Assembly: GCA_963845515.1 (NCBI GenBank)
Contig: CAWJSR010000002.1
Location: 64,001-128,000, forward strand
Reading direction: 5' to 3'
Source of the DNA: an uncultured delta proteobacterium
GTDB taxonomy: Bacteria > Myxococcota > Myxococcia > Myxococcales > Anaeromyxobacteraceae
DNA length: 64,000 bases
Each line of letters begins with the position of its first letter. Positions within the stretch are counted from its first letter, which is position 1. The position numbers were made by a program, and so were the translations under genes. The notes beneath the pieces are model-generated. The model was given only the letters and a program-made list of their open reading frames with translations. It was not told the DNA's origin and ran no database searches. Of the stretch, positions 33,326-45,915 are shown piece after piece.

Positions 33326-33480
33326 GAAATGCGGACCATACCATCTCCGCGCAGGATATGCGCGCACGCTCGCGCGTTTCTTGCGGGACCACGCACCCCA
33401 TAAAGGGGGCTGCAGCCGAGAAACCGGGGTCCTCCCGCTGGCTTGCGGCATACCGCGCGGGAGGGTAAGAACCTGCCCCC

Positions 33481-34572
33481 ATGCTGTCCTCAGAGGTCCT
33501 CAAGAAGCTCGAGGCTATAGAGGTCCGGTTCGAGGAGCTCACGCACCTCCTCTCGGACCCCGGCGTCGCCTCAAACGGCGACCGGTACCGGAAGGTCTCG
33601 AAGGAGCGCGCCGGGCTCGAGGCGACCGTGAGCGCCCTTCGCGACTACCGGAAGCTCGTGAAGGACGTCGAGGAGAACAAGGCGCTGCTGGGCGAGAAGG
33701 ACGCCGACCTCCGCGAGATGGCCAAGGAGGAGCTGGCCGCGCTCGAGCCCCTGCTCCAGCCGGCCGAGGACCAGCTCAAGATCCTCCTCGTCCCTCGCGA
33801 CCCGAACGACGACAAGGACATCATCCTCGAGATCCGGGCCGGGGCCGGCGGCGACGAGGCGGGGCTCTTCGCGGCCGAGCTCCTCCGCGCCTACCTTCGC
33901 TACGCCGAGCGGCGCGGCTGGAAGTGCGAGGTGATGGACACGTCGGCCGGAGCGCTCGGCGGCGTGAAGGACGTGACGGTGACGATCTCCGGCGACGCGG
34001 TCTACTCGGCGCTCAAGTACGAGTCGGGCGTCCACCGCGTGCAGCGGGTGCCTGCCACGGAGGCGCAGGGGCGGATCCACACCTCGACCTGCACGGTGGC
34101 GGTGATGCCCGAGGCGGAGGAGGTCGACATCCAGATCAGCCCCTCCGATCTCGAGGTGGACGTCTTCCGCTCGACCGGCGCCGGCGGGCAGAGCGTCAAC
34201 ACGACCGACTCCGCCGTCCGGATGACGCACAAGCCGACCGGCGTCATCGTGAAGTGCCAGCAGGAGAAGAGCCAGCTCAAGAACCGCGCGATGGCGCTCA
34301 AGCTGATGCGGGCCAAGCTCTTCGAGCTGGAGATCGAGAGGCAGCGGAGCGCCCGCGACGCCACCCGGAAGAGCCAGGTCGGGACCGGCGACAGGTCCGA
34401 GAAGATCCGGACCTACAACTTCCCCCAGGACCGGCTCACCGATCACCGCGTCAACTACACGCGCCACAACCTGCCCGCCGTCATGGACGGCGACGTCCAG
34501 GACGTGATCGACGCGTGCCGCACCTTCTACGCCGCGCAGGCGCTCAAGGAAGCCGCGAGCGGGAACGCGTGA
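33481..34572 (+). CDS. prfA: Peptide chain release factor 1
   Basis: [14 protein letters not shown] (PxT), [20 protein letters not shown]. Confidence 0.97.
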   Translation: MLSSEVLKKLEAIEVRFEELTHLLSDPGVASNGDRYRKVSKERAGLEATVSALRDYRKLVKDVEENKALLGEKDADLREMAKEELAALEPLLQPAEDQLKILLVPRDPNDDKDIILEIRAGAGGDEAGLFAAELLRAYLRYAERRGWKCEVMDTSAGALGGVKDVTVTISGDAVYSALKYESGVHRVQRVPATEAQGRIHTSTCTVAVMPEAEEVDIQISPSDLEVDVFRSTGAGGQSVNTTDSAVRMTHKPTGVIVKCQQEKSQLKNRAMALKLMRAKLFELEIERQRSARDATRKSQVGTGDRSEKIRTYNFPQDRLTDHRVNYTRHNLPAVMDGDVQDVIDACRTFYAAQALKEAASGNA

Positions 34573-34613
34573 TGCCCGGCCCCTCACGAGAGGGTCACAG
34601 CGTGGTCTCCACT

Positions 34614-34654
34614 CCTCTCCCCCGCTCCTGCGGGGGAGAGGTCAGGTGAGGGGG
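34614..34654. repeat. REP-like palindromic element between prfA and prmC
   Basis: CCTCTCCCCCGC-TCCT-GCGGGGGAGAGG-TCAGGTGAGGGGG. Confidence 0.75.
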
Positions 34655-34661
34655 AGGCAGC

Positions 34662-35501
34662 ATGGCCGACACCTGGACCCCCCTCAAGCTCCTCGCCTGG
34701 TCGCAGGAGTGGTTCGCGAAGAAGGGCGTGGACGCGCCGCGGCTCACCGGCGAGCTGCTCCTCGCCCACGCGCTCCGCTGCGACAGGATCCGGCTCTACC
34801 TGGACTTCGACAAGCCGCTGGGAGAGCCCGAGCTGGCCGCCTTCCGCGAGCTGGTGAAGCGGCGCGCCGACGGCGAGCCGACGGCCTACCTCGTCGGCAA
34901 GCGCGAGTTCTACGGCCGGCCGTTCCGCGTGACGCCGGCGGTCCTCGTGCCGCGCCCGGAGACCGAGCTGGTGGTCGAGGCGGCCCTCGCCGCGCTCCCC
35001 GAGGGTGGCAGCGCGCTCGACCTCTGCACCGGATCGGGCGCCATCGGCGTCTCCCTCGCGCTGGAGAAGAAGGGGGCGCGCGTCGTGGCGACCGACCTGT
35101 CCGCCGGCGCGCTCGCCGTCGCCGGGGAGAACGCCGCCGCGCTGGGCGCGAGCGTAGACTTCGTCGAGGGCGATCTCTTTGCGCCGCTCGGCGCGGGCCA
35201 GCGCTTCGACGTGATCGTCTCGAACCCGCCCTACGTCCCCTCTGGCGAGCTCGCCGGCCTGTCGCGCGAGGTCCGGCGCGAGCCCACGATGGCGCTCGAC
35301 GGCGGCCCCGACGGCCTCGCGCTCCTGAGGCGCATCGCGGCCGAGGCGCCGCGCTGGCTCGCGCCCGGCGGGACGCTCGTGCTCGAGATGCACGAGTCGC
35401 ACGCGGAGCCGCTCCCGGTGATCTGCCGGGAGGCGGGCTTCGAGAAGGCGGAGGCGAGGAAGGACCTCGCGGGGCTCTGGCGGTACGTGGTCGCGAAGTG
35501 A
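34662..35501 (+). CDS. prmC: Release factor glutamine methyltransferase
   Basis: LVPRPETE, DLCTGSG, SNPPY, ALDGG. Confidence 0.95.
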   Translation: MADTWTPLKLLAWSQEWFAKKGVDAPRLTGELLLAHALRCDRIRLYLDFDKPLGEPELAAFRELVKRRADGEPTAYLVGKREFYGRPFRVTPAVLVPRPETELVVEAALAALPEGGSALDLCTGSGAIGVSLALEKKGARVVATDLSAGALAVAGENAAALGASVDFVEGDLFAPLGAGQRFDVIVSNPPYVPSGELAGLSREVRREPTMALDGGPDGLALLRRIAAEAPRWLAPGGTLVLEMHESHAEPLPVICREAGFEKAEARKDLAGLWRYVVAK

Positions 35502-35543
35502 TGACGGGAGGGGCGAGCCGCCGAAGCGGCCCGCCCCAGGTCG

Positions 35544-38500
35544 TCAGAAGCCGGCCGCCCGCGGGTAGGCCCACGCGCCGTCGAACGAGACCGGCAGCTC
35601 CCAGGTCCCGTACCCGGTCACCTGGTACTCGCCGGGGGTCGCCGTGGGCGAAACGGACGGGCTGCCATTCCAGCTGGCGAAGTCCGTCACGTCGAACTGC
35701 GAGCCGTCCGAGTAGGTCGCGATCGCCGCGAACGGCCCCAGGATGGAGCCGAGCGGCCCGACGTCGAACGCCGGGTCGACCTCGAGCGCCCAGAGCATCG
35801 CGTCGTTCACGCCGACCTCGACGGAGGCGGTGAGGCCGTCGACGGCCGCCGTGATGGTGGTGAAGCCCGGGGCCATCCCGGTGACGAGGCCGCGGGAGCC
35901 CGCCACGTTCGAGACGGTCGCGGCCGCGGAGTTGCTGGACGTCCAGGTCACCGACTCGGACGCGTTCCAGGGGAAGCCCACGGAGTCGAACCCCATGGCC
36001 TGGACGCGCAGGGGGAAGCCGACCGGGATCGAGGAGGGACCGTCGTAACCTGCCCGGAGCGCCAGGTAGGGCCGGGTGTCGACGGTGACGGGCATCACGG
36101 CGCTCTCGGCGTGGTAGCTCGCTGTGAGGGTCGTGCTCCCCGGGCCGACGGCATTCACTATCCGTTCGCCTCTCCGCGTGAAGCCGCCCAGCTCCACGAT
36201 GCCGGGGGCGGCGGGGAAGATGGTCGCGAAGGCGGTGACGTTGCGCTCGCGCCCATCGGAGTAGCGTCCGCTGAGACGAACCGTCCCCATGTCGCCCATC
36301 TCGGCGCTCCCGCTGGTGGCGCCGAGGTGCGTGAAGAGGACGGAGCTCTCGAAGGAGAGCCCCTCTAGCACCGCGGCGCTGACGTTGACGTCGGCGCTGG
36401 CGGTCGCGCCGCCGAAGTCGGCCTTGATGCTGGCGCTGCCGGGCCCGACCATCGAGGCGAGCCCCCTCGTGCCCGGGTCGTCGGAGACGGAGACGATCCC
36501 GGGGACCGTGGCCGACCAGATCGCCTGATCGGTCACGTCATGGACCCGCCCGTTGTCGTAGCGGGCGCACGCGAAGTACTGGATGTCGAAGCCGGACGGG
36601 ACGTACGGAACGCGCCACATCTCCTGTGAGCAGGGCTGGCGCCACTCCGCCTCGTATTCCTCGAGGTAGTCTAGGAAGACGCCGTTCAGCGCGGGGTTGT
36701 AAACCGTCACCGTCGCCGCGAACGTCCCCCAGGTCGGGTGGGTCGCACGGATGGTCGTGGTGGCGGGGAGCGGGTTCGGGGCGTGATAGCCAGTCACGAC
36801 CCCCTTCTGCCCCGGGAGGTCGCTCACGGACGCGATGCTGGGATCGTCGCTGGTCCACGTCGCCGTCGACGTCAGGTCCAGGTTGCACCCGAGCGTGCAG
36901 TAGGGATCGTCGCGGAGCAGCCGCAGGACGGACTTCCCTCCGACCTTCACCATGGAAGGGTTCGGCGTGACATAGAGGGGGCCGAGAGGCGCGGGGGGCG
37001 TGTAGACGTTGACCCAGACGCTCCTGACGTGCCCGCCATAGGACGCGACGATGTTCGCCCCCAGGCCGCCGTAGGACCCGGTCACGAGCCCCTTCGAGCC
37101 AGGCAGGTTCGAGACGTCGGCGACCGAGGTGTCTTCCGACATCCAGTCGGCGTCCTCCGTCACGTCGGACAAGGATCCGTCGCTCATCTGCGCACGCGCC
37201 CAGAACTGCGTCTCGACCCCCTCGAGGACCTCGAACCTCACGGCCTCGATCCAGATGTCCAACACCGTCGGTGCGGTGACCGTCAGGTCGGCGAAGCCGA
37301 TCGCGTCGCCCAGGGCCGCGTACGCCTGCGTCAGCCCCTCCCCGCTCGCGTAGAAGGATCCCGACGTCGATCCTTCATTGTTGAAGTACGCCACCGACGA
37401 GTCGATCGTGCCCCAGATGGCGAAGGGGGTCACGTCGATCACGCTGGTGTCCTGCAGCGTCGCCCACGCCGTGAGGTAGATCCCCGACCCCCTCGGAGCC
37501 GAGACGTAGCCCGGGGTGAGCGCGATCGACTCCACCGGGCTGGAGAAGACGGACACCGTGCTCCACCCCTGCAACCCCATGAACTCCGCGCGGACGCTCG
37601 ACGAGCCCGGCCCCACCGCGCGGACGGTCCCCGGCACGGACGTCGAATCGACCTCCACGGCCAGGCCGTTGGTGCCGCTCCAGCTGGCGAAGTCGGTCAC
37701 GTCCCAGGAGCCCAAGCCCAGGTAGTTCGCCTGGGCCCTGAGCCGCCCCGAGCCGCCGAGCGGGGCGTTCACGAGGCCGGGGGAGACGGAGAGGGAGTCA
37801 GGGAAGGTATCGGCCACCTGGATCTGGATCCAGTTGCAGCGGTTGACATAGGCTCCGCCCAGCCGAAGGTCGACATTCGCCCAGCCATAGGCCTGGCCGG
37901 TGATCGTCCCGACCGGATCCACCGGCAGGAAGTCCGCGATCGCGGGATCCCAGGACACCCAGTCCAGCTGGTCCGTGACGTCGATCTTCGCCCCGTCCTG
38001 GCCCCTCATGGTCGCGCGGAGCTGGAGCTTGGCGCCCACCGGCACTGGCGGGGGGTACGGCGTCTCGACGCAGTCCCCAGGCACGATGGTCACTGGCACG
38101 GTCACGGTAGGCCAGTCCCCGTAGGCCGCCGTGACGTTGACCGTCCCGAGCTTCAGCGGCTCCACGTAGCCCTCCCAGTCGACCGTCGCCGTCGACGGGT
38201 CGAGGCTGTTCCAGATCGTGGCCGACCCGACCTCGTAGGAGCTGCCGTCCGAGTACTCCACGATGGCCGTGACGCGGTCCCCCCACGGGAAGTAGACGGT
38301 GGGATTGGACGGCCAGACGGAGAACCCGGTCGCCACCGCGCCGTTGACGATCACGGCCGCAGACCCGGTCATCCCCCCGTAGGCGATGGAGACGAGCGCC
38401 GAGCCGTAGCCGACGCCCGTGAGCACCCCGCCCTGCGTGCCGTTCCCGACCGTCACCACGGTCTCGTCCGAGGACGACCAGGTCGCGGTCGCCGTGATGT

Positions 38501-41500
38501 CGACGAAGGTCCAGTCGTCGAGGAGCGCGATCGCCCTCATCGGCGCGGGCGCCGTGCCGAACGGGACGTTCATCGCCTCGGGGAACGGGACGATCAGGAT
38601 CTCGACCGGCTCGTGCACGGTGACCGGTAGCGATCCAGTGACGCCACCGAAGGCCGCCGACAGCGTGGCGGACCCGGGCGTCGCGGCGACGCCGCGTCCG
38701 CGCGTCGCCGCCTCATTGGAGACGGACACCACGGTGGGGTTGTTGCTGCTCCAGGTCGCGAGGAACGTCAGATCGACCATGCGGCCGTCCGAGTAGGTGC
38801 CCGTCGCCATCGCCTGGAAGGGATCGGGCGACGCCGCCAGCGACGGCAGGAGCCAGGGCGGCTGGTTCTCCGAGGTGGCGCGCAGCTCGATCTCGATCTT
38901 CACGACGGCCACCGGACCGACCGTCACGCCGCAGCTGGCCCCGTAGCCGAAACCGGGCAGAGTCGCCGTGACCGCCGCCGTCCCCTGCGCGACCGCCCGG
39001 AGCATTCCCTTGTCCGCCGGCCCGGCCCCCACGGTCACGATGGCGGGGGTCGAAGGCGTGACGATGAAGGTCGCGGCGCTCGTGCGATCCTGCGTCGTGC
39101 CGTCGGTGTACGTGGCTGTCACCGTGAACTGCTGATGACCGCCGACGGGGATGGAGAGGGACGACGGCGAGAGCTCGATGGAGGCGAGCGCCGCAGGACC
39201 CGCAGTGATCGCCGCCGTTCCCGACTTGCCACCGAACGTCGCCGTGAGGGTCGCCGTCCCGCTCGTCCCCTCCGCCTTCGCGAGCCCGCCGGCGGTCACC
39301 GACGCGATCGCGCCGCTGCTCGTCGTCCAGGTCGCGGTCGACGTCACGTTGGTGGTCGTGGCGTCCGAGTAGGTCGCCGTTGCCGTCAGCTGCTGCGTCG
39401 ACCCCTTCGGCAGCGTGGTCGCTGAAGGCGTCACCGCCACGGACGTCACGACCGGCCCGGTCACCGTGACCACCGTGCTGCCGCTCTGCCCGCCCAGGGT
39501 GGCCGTGACGTCGACCGGGCCGCCCGCGCCGGCCCCTGTGACGACACCCCTCGTTCCGGAGCTGGTGACCGTCGCGACGGCGGCGTTGGCCGTCGTCCAG
39601 GTCGCGGTCTGCGTCACGTTGCCGGTCGTCGCGTCTGTGTAGGTCGCCGTCGCGGTCAGCTGCTGCGTCGTGCCCTTCGCGAGGGAGACGGTCGACGGGC
39701 GTCACCGCGATCGACGCCACCAACGGCGCGGCCGCAGTCACCGTCGCGGTGCCGGTCCTGCCGCTGAGCACGGCCGAGATGGTCGCGCTGCCGGACGGGG
39801 CCACGGCCGTCACGAGCCCCTTCGTCCCTGCCGCGTCGGAGACGGTCGCAATCCCTGCCGCGTTGCTCGACCAGGTCGCGTTGGCCGTGACGTTCTGCGT
39901 CCCGCCTCCAGTGAGGGTGGCGGTCGCCGCCAGCTGCACCGTCGTGCCGCTCGGCACCGACGACGTGGACGGCGTCACGGCGATCGACGCGATGGTCCTC
40001 ACCGTCACGACTCTGATCCCGACCTGCCCGCCGAAGGTGGCGCTGATGGAGGCGGTCGCCGGACCTGAGACGCCCGTGACGAGCCCCTTGCGAGCCGAAG
40101 TCGTCGACGATGGCGACGCTCGCGGTGCCGCTGGACCAGGTCGCGAGGCTGGTGACGTCCTGCGTGGTGGTGTCGGTGTAGGTCGCCGTCGCGGTGAGCT
40201 GCACCGTCGCGCCGACGCCGGTCTCAGGGGAAGCGGGCGTGATCGCGATCGACTCCACGGAGGCCGAGGACACCGTCACGGTCGCCGTGCCGCTGCGGCC
40301 GCCGAAGGTCGCGGTGATGGTGACAGCAGTCCCGGACTCGGAGAGGGCGGTGACCCTGCCCTTGCTCGATCCCGTGTTCGAGACGGTCGCGACGCCAGGA
40401 GCGCTGCTCTGCCAGCTCGTCGTCGAGTCAGTCGTCACGATCGCCGTCGTGGCATCGCTGTAATGCGCCGTGGCGACGAGGTTGAGGACCTCGCCCACCG
40501 AGAGCGCGTTGGTCACCGGCGTCACCTCGATGGAGGCCACGGACTTCGCCGCCGCCGTGATGACGGCGGTCCCGGACTTGCTGCCCAGGGTCGCCGTGAT
40601 CGTCGTCGTTCCGCTGATCGCCACGCCGGTCACGAGCCCCGCCGACGAGACCGTCGCGACCGAAGGGTTGCTCGTCGTCCACGTCGCGGACGACGTGACG
40701 ACCGACGTCGTCGCGTCGGTGTAGGTCGCCGTCGCCACCAGCTGCTGCGTCGCCCCGTTCGCCACGGTCGCCGACGGGGGCGTCACCGCGATCGAGGCCA
40801 CCACCGCTGGCGCCGCCGTGACCGTGGCGCTCCCCGTCTTCCCGGCGAGGGCCGCCGAGATCGTCGCCGACCCGCTCGCGGCCGCCGCCGTCACGAGCCC
40901 CGCCGTCGAGACCGACGCCACGCCCGCGGCGCTGGTCGTCCACGTCGCCGACGCCGTCACGTTCGCCGTCGTCGCGTCGGTGTAGGTGGCCGTCGCCACG
41001 AGCTGCTGCGTCGCGCCCTTCGCGACGGTCGCCGTCGCCGGGGTCACCGCGATCGACGCCACCGCAGCAGGGGCCGCGGTGACGGTCGCCGTGCCGCTCT
41101 GGCCGCCGAAGGTCGCCGTGATGATCGCCGTCCCGCTCGCAGCGACCCCCGCCACGCTCCCCTTCGATCCGGGGTAGTCGGAGACCGTGGCCACCGCCGC
41201 AGTGCCGCTCGTCCAGGAGGCCTGCTCCGTGACGTCGTCCGTCGACGAGTCGCTGAAGGTAGCGGTCGCCGTCAGCTGCGCCGTCGCCCCCTTCGCGACC
41301 GTGGGCGTCGACGGGGTGACGGCGATCGAGGTCAAGGTCACGGTCGCTGAGGGCACGGTGACGGTCGCGGTGCCGCTCTTGGTGGCGTAGGTCGCCGTGA
41401 TCGTCGTCTGCCCCGCAGCGACCGGCGTCACCAGCCCGGACGCGGAGACGGTCGCCTTCGACGGGTCGCTCGAGCTCCACGTCGCCGCGGACGACACGTC

Positions 41501-42223
41501 GGTCATCTGGGAGCCGCTGTCGAAGGCGACCGCCGTCAGCTGCTGCGGCGAGCCCATCAGGACGGTCGGCGACGAAGGCGTCACGACGACGGACGTCACC
41601 GCCGGCACCGTCACCGTCACGGCGAGCGAGCCGCTCTGCGTGCCGAACGTCGCGGTGAAGGTCACCGGTCCGCCGGCCGCCACCCCCGTCACGAGTCCGC
41701 CTGTGGAGACGGACGCGACGTCGGCGTCGCTCGTCGTCCAGGTCGCGGTCGCCGTCACGTTCGCCGTAGTGGCGTCGGTGTAGGTCGCGGTCGCGGTGAG
41801 CTGCAGCGTCGTCCCCCGCACCACGGTGCCGGTGGCCGCCGTCACGGCGACGGACGCCAGCTCGGCCGCGGCCGCCGTGACCGACGACGTCGCCGTCTTG
41901 CCCTGGAAGGTCGCCGTGATGGTCGCGGACCCCGAGGCCGCGGCCGCCGTCACGAGCCCCTTCGTCCCCGGCGCGGAGGAGACCGTCGCGACGCCGGCGG
42001 CGCTGGAGGTCCAGGCCGCCTGCGCCGTCACGTCCCCCGTCGAGCCGTCGGCGTAGGTCGCGGTCGCGGCGAGCTGCCGCGTCGCCCCCTGAGGCACGGT
42101 CGCCGTCGCCGGCGTCACTGCGATGGAGGAGACGATCTTGATCGGCTCGACGCCGTCCGGATCGATCATGAGGCTGCAGCCCGTCGCGGCGAGGAGCGCG
42201 AGGGAGACGAGGACGTTGCGCAT
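35544..42223 (-). CDS. Very large Big_2 (Ig-like) repeat lipoprotein, about 2200 aa, frameshifts near 40090 and 39690
   Basis: Lipobox LAATGC; tandem repeats SIAVTP..ATATYTD..WTTS..VATVS..GLVT continuing across three ORFs. Confidence 0.8.
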
Positions 42224-42225
42224 GT

Positions 42226-43155
42226 TCAGAAACCCCCAGCCAGGACGACGAAGGCGCCAGACGACGTGGGCGCGATACCGATGGAGACCGCCGGGGCGGA
42301 CTCGGCCGCGGCTGGATTGCTGAAGACGAGCCAGGCGCCTACTCCGACGCCGACCGCGCCGACGCCGTAGAGGACGTCGGCGATCAGCGCCCGGCTCTTC
42401 GCCGTGTCGCGCTTGCTCTCGAACGTGGGGATGTCGCCCGCCGCCGCGGCCGCCTTCTCGTCGTCGTACGCCGACTTGGCCGAGAGGCCGGACACGGCCC
42501 CGCCGAGGATCGCCACCAGCCCAGCGCCACCCACCGCGTACCCCCAGGTCTTTCGCGGGGAGCGGCTGGGGCTGGCGGGCACTGGCTCGGGCACGGGCAC
42601 GGCGTCGGGCGGCGGAGAGGGCGCGATGAACGTCGGGGGCGGCGGCTGGCCGGCTGGACCGGTCAGGACGATCGGGTCGAGGAGGCGGTGGAGCGCCCGC
42701 TGGACCGACGCGACGAGCTTCTCCTCGCGCCCCTCCACCGACTCGCCGGTGCGGGCGCGGACGCGCCCCTTGGACGTCTCGACGAGCTTCATGTCCAGGC
42801 GGTAGAGCCCACCGATCCGGCCGAGCGAGCCCACGATGACGTACTCGACCCCGAGGGCGCCGCCGATCTCGGCGACGCAGCTCGCCTCCTCGGTGCAGCC
42901 GAGCATCTGCTTCTGCTTCTCGAAGCCGAGCATCGAGTCGATGTCGGACCGGCCGATCACGTCGACCCTGTCCATCGCGCCGGCCTCGGTGAGCGCCACC
43001 TCGGAGAGGAGGTCGGTCAGGTGGGTGTCCGCGCCGAGCGCGCGGATCTCCATTACCGCGACCTTCACCTTCTTGCGGGCTCCGTCTGCGGCACGCGCTG
43101 GGCCTGCGGTCGCGACGGCGAGCGCTGCGACGACGACTGCGATTCTGGTTGGCAA
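42226..43155 (-). CDS. Secreted hypothetical protein with C-terminal hydrophobic segments
   Basis: TTG 43155 after GGAGGGG; signal peptide, CTEEASCVAEIGGALG, Pro-rich linker, ends GGF; 2 nt from the Ig-repeat gene. Confidence 0.65.
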   Translation of the reverse strand: MPTRIAVVVAALAVATAGPARAADGARKKVKVAVMEIRALGADTHLTDLLSEVALTEAGAMDRVDVIGRSDIDSMLGFEKQKQMLGCTEEASCVAEIGGALGVEYVIVGSLGRIGGLYRLDMKLVETSKGRVRARTGESVEGREEKLVASVQRALHRLLDPIVLTGPAGQPPPPTFIAPSPPPDAVPVPEPVPASPSRSPRKTWGYAVGGAGLVAILGGAVSGLSAKSAYDDEKAAAAAGDIPTFESKRDTAKSRALIADVLYGVGAVGVGVGAWLVFSNPAAAESAPAVSIGIAPTSSGAFVVLAGGF

Positions 43156-43418
43156 GGTTCCCCTCCGAGCGCGACAGCATAGCCGAGCCGCGTGCCGCGA
43201 CGGAATGCCACGACGTGCCGATCTGCGCGCCCGGTCGCCGTCACGTACCGTGAGCAAGGGACGCAGGCCGGGCGGCGGGCCGGCGATGCGCGTGGGCCGC
43301 TCCCCCTTACGAGGCCGGGTCCCACGCCGTGACCGCCTGGCGGTGCCGGCGGGGCTCGCCGTGGCGCCCCGCTGGCGCGCGACGTAGAATGCGCCGCCTC
43401 GAAGGGACCCCAAGGACA

Positions 43419-44684
43419 ATGGACAAGATCGTAATCGAAGGCGGCGTGCCGCTCCGCGGCAACGTCGCGGTCTCGGGGGCCAAGAACGCCGCCCTCCCCA
43501 CCCTCGCCGCCGCGCTCCTCGCCGAGGGCGATCACGTCGTGCGGAACGTCCCGAACCTCGCCGACGTGCGCACCATGGGGCGGCTCCTCGGCTCGATGGA
43601 GTGCGCGTTCGAGCGCGACCCCGCCGGCCACGTCGCGCGGATCCGGGTCCCGGCGGCGATCACCCCCGAGGCCCCCTACGAGCTGGTGAAGACCATGCGC
43701 GCGAGCGTCGTGGTGCTCGGCCCGCTCGTGGCGAGGTGGGGCAAGGCCCACGTCTCGCTCCCCGGTGGCTGCGCCATCGGCGCCCGGCCGATCGATCAGC
43801 ACCTGAAGGGGCTCGCGGCGCTCGGCGCGAAGATCTCGATGGAGCACGGCTACGTCGACGTCGAGGCCCCGGGCGGCCGCCTGAAGGGGGCCGTCTTCAC
43901 CTTCGACCTGCAGACCGTCACGGGGACCGAGAACATCATGATGGCGGCCGCGCTCGCCGACGGCCTGACCGTCCTACGCAACTGCGCCCGCGAGCCGGAG
44001 GTCGTCGACCTCGCGCACGCGCTCAACCGGATGGGGGCGCGGATCACGGGGGCCGGCACGGACGAGATCCGGATCGAAGGCGTGACGTCGCTCCGGCCGC
44101 TCGATCACGACGTGATCCCCGACCGGATCGAGGCGGGGACGTTCCTCGTCGCCGGGGCGCTCCCGGGCAACGACGTCACCGTCCAGGGCTGCGTCGCCGA
44201 CCACCTCGAGGCGCTCATCGAGAAGCTCAGGGCGGTCGGCGCGAGCGTGCAGGAGGTCGCCGGTGGCGTCCGCGTGACCGGCGACGGGCGCCCGCGCCCC
44301 ACCGACATCCGCACGCAGCCGCACCCGGGCTTCCCGACCGACATGCAGGCGCAGATGATGGTGCTGCTCTGCCTGGCCGAGGGCTCCTCCCGCATCACGG
44401 AGACGGTCTTCGAGAACCGCTACATGCACGTGCAGGAGCTGCAGCGGCTCGGCGCCGACATCACGGTGGACGGCAAGACCGCGATCGTCCGCGGGGCCCC
44501 CGCGCTCTCCGGCGCGCCGGTGATGGCCAGCGACCTGCGCGCGTCGGCCGCCCTCGTCCTCGCGGGACTCGCCGCGCAGGGGTCGACCGAGGTACACCGC
44601 GTCTACCACCTCGATCGCGGCTACGAGCGGATCGAGGCCAAGCTCGCCCCCCTGGGGGCTCGCATAACGAGGGTGAAGACGTGA
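43419..44684 (+). CDS. murA: UDP-N-acetylglucosamine 1-carboxyvinyltransferase
   Basis: [37 protein letters not shown]. Confidence 0.97.
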   Translation: MDKIVIEGGVPLRGNVAVSGAKNAALPTLAAALLAEGDHVVRNVPNLADVRTMGRLLGSMECAFERDPAGHVARIRVPAAITPEAPYELVKTMRASVVVLGPLVARWGKAHVSLPGGCAIGARPIDQHLKGLAALGAKISMEHGYVDVEAPGGRLKGAVFTFDLQTVTGTENIMMAAALADGLTVLRNCAREPEVVDLAHALNRMGARITGAGTDEIRIEGVTSLRPLDHDVIPDRIEAGTFLVAGALPGNDVTVQGCVADHLEALIEKLRAVGASVQEVAGGVRVTGDGRPRPTDIRTQPHPGFPTDMQAQMMVLLCLAEGSSRITETVFENRYMHVQELQRLGADITVDGKTAIVRGAPALSGAPVMASDLRASAALVLAGLAAQGSTEVHRVYHLDRGYERIEAKLAPLGARITRVKT

Positions 44685-45325
44685 ACGGTGAGCTGATCAC
44701 GGTGGCGGTCCCCAAGGGCAGGCTCCTCGAGGAGTCCTCGGAGCTCTTCGAGAAGGCGCTCGGCGTCTCTCCCCTGAAGCTCCTCTCCGGCTCGCGCAAG
44801 CTCCACGCCGACGCGCCGGAGGCGGGGCTGCGCTTCACGCAGATCCGAGCCGCGGACGTGGCCACGTTCGTGGAGCACGGCGCGGCCGCCGTCGGCATCG
44901 TCGGGCTCGACGTGCTGCGCGAGGACCCCTGCGACCTCTACGAGCCGCTCGACCTGGGGATCGGGCGCTGCCGCGTCATAGTCGCCCGCCCGCGCGGCGC
45001 CCGGCCGCTTCCGCAAGGGGTGGCGCCTCGGATCGCCACCAAGTACGTGAACCTCGCGGCCCGCCACTTCGCGAAGAAGGGGCTGCCGGCGGAGATCATC
45101 AAGCTGCACGGATCCATCGAGGTCGCGCCCGCGCTCGGCCTCTCGGACGCCATCGTCGACATCACCGAGACCGGCGCCACGCTGGAGGCGAACGGCCTCT
45201 CGATCGACGAGCTCGTGCTCGACGTCTCGGCCCGGCTGGTGGTGAACCGGGTCGCGCTCAAGCTCCACGCGGAGCGGCTCCGGCGGCTCATCGACGCGCT
45301 GCGGAAGGTCTGCGGCCAGGCGTAG
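44681..45325 (+). CDS. hisG: ATP phosphoribosyltransferase, short form
   Basis: [39 protein letters not shown] overlap with murA. Confidence 0.93.
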   Translation: MNGELITVAVPKGRLLEESSELFEKALGVSPLKLLSGSRKLHADAPEAGLRFTQIRAADVATFVEHGAAAVGIVGLDVLREDPCDLYEPLDLGIGRCRVIVARPRGARPLPQGVAPRIATKYVNLAARHFAKKGLPAEIIKLHGSIEVAPALGLSDAIVDITETGATLEANGLSIDELVLDVSARLVVNRVALKLHAERLRRLIDALRKVCGQA

Positions 45326-45468
45326 TGTGTGAGGGGCGTTGATCCGCCCCGCCCCTTCCGCCTACACTCCATCCCCAAACCAGCGATCACCGCTGCGCCC
45401 CCCGTCCACTTGAATCCCGTCTCCCCCTGAACTGCCGTCGAATGGTCCCAAGGAGGACCTGAATCGTC

Positions 45469-45858
45469 ATGGATTGCCCTCGGTGCAGCGTCGAGTTGAC
45501 CCCCCTCACTCAGGAGGACAGCACCATCCAGTGGTGCCCCGACTGCGGAGGCAACTGGGTCGAAGTGACCGACCTGAACAAGATCCTGCTTCACGCCAAC
45601 CTTCCGGCGCTCTCCAGCATCCCGGGGTACGTGAATGCCGAGGAGCTCACCGGCCTGTGCCCGGCCTGCAAGGTCGAGCTGTCGGTGGTCGAGGGGGGCG
45701 AGAAGAAGGCGCTCGCCTACGACTCCTGCGAGTCCTGCGGCGGCATCTGGGTGGACGGCGAGAACGACGAGCCGCCCAAGGAGCAGACGTGGCCCGGGTC
45801 GGTGAAGGAGATCGTCACCTTCTTCCGGGACTTCGCGAAGGCCCCGAAGAAGAAGTAG
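45469..45858 (+). CDS. Double zinc-ribbon (zf-TFIIB-like) protein
   Basis: CPRC/CPDCGGNW and CPAC/CESCGGIW; AGGAGG RBS. Confidence 0.8.
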   Translation: MDCPRCSVELTPLTQEDSTIQWCPDCGGNWVEVTDLNKILLHANLPALSSIPGYVNAEELTGLCPACKVELSVVEGGEKKALAYDSCESCGGIWVDGENDEPPKEQTWPGSVKEIVTFFRDFAKAPKKK

Positions 45859-45871
45859 CCCGTTGAATCTT

Positions 45872-45911
45872 CCCCTCTCCCCCACCGGGGGAGAGGGACG
45901 GGGTGAGGGGG
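45872..45911. repeat. REP-like palindromic element
   Basis: CCCCTCTCCCCC-ACC-GGGGGAGAGGG-ACGGGGTGAGGGGG between convergent genes. Confidence 0.75.
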
Positions 45912-45915
45912 CACT

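Noticed and set aside
39600..42150. Tandem DNA repeats as a CRISPR array
   Set aside because: Degenerate coding repeats of Ig-like domains; no constant repeat with unique spacers and no cas genes.
44681..45325. Short hisG as a truncation
   Set aside because: The short HisZ-dependent form is a normal class, and murA-hisG adjacency is common.
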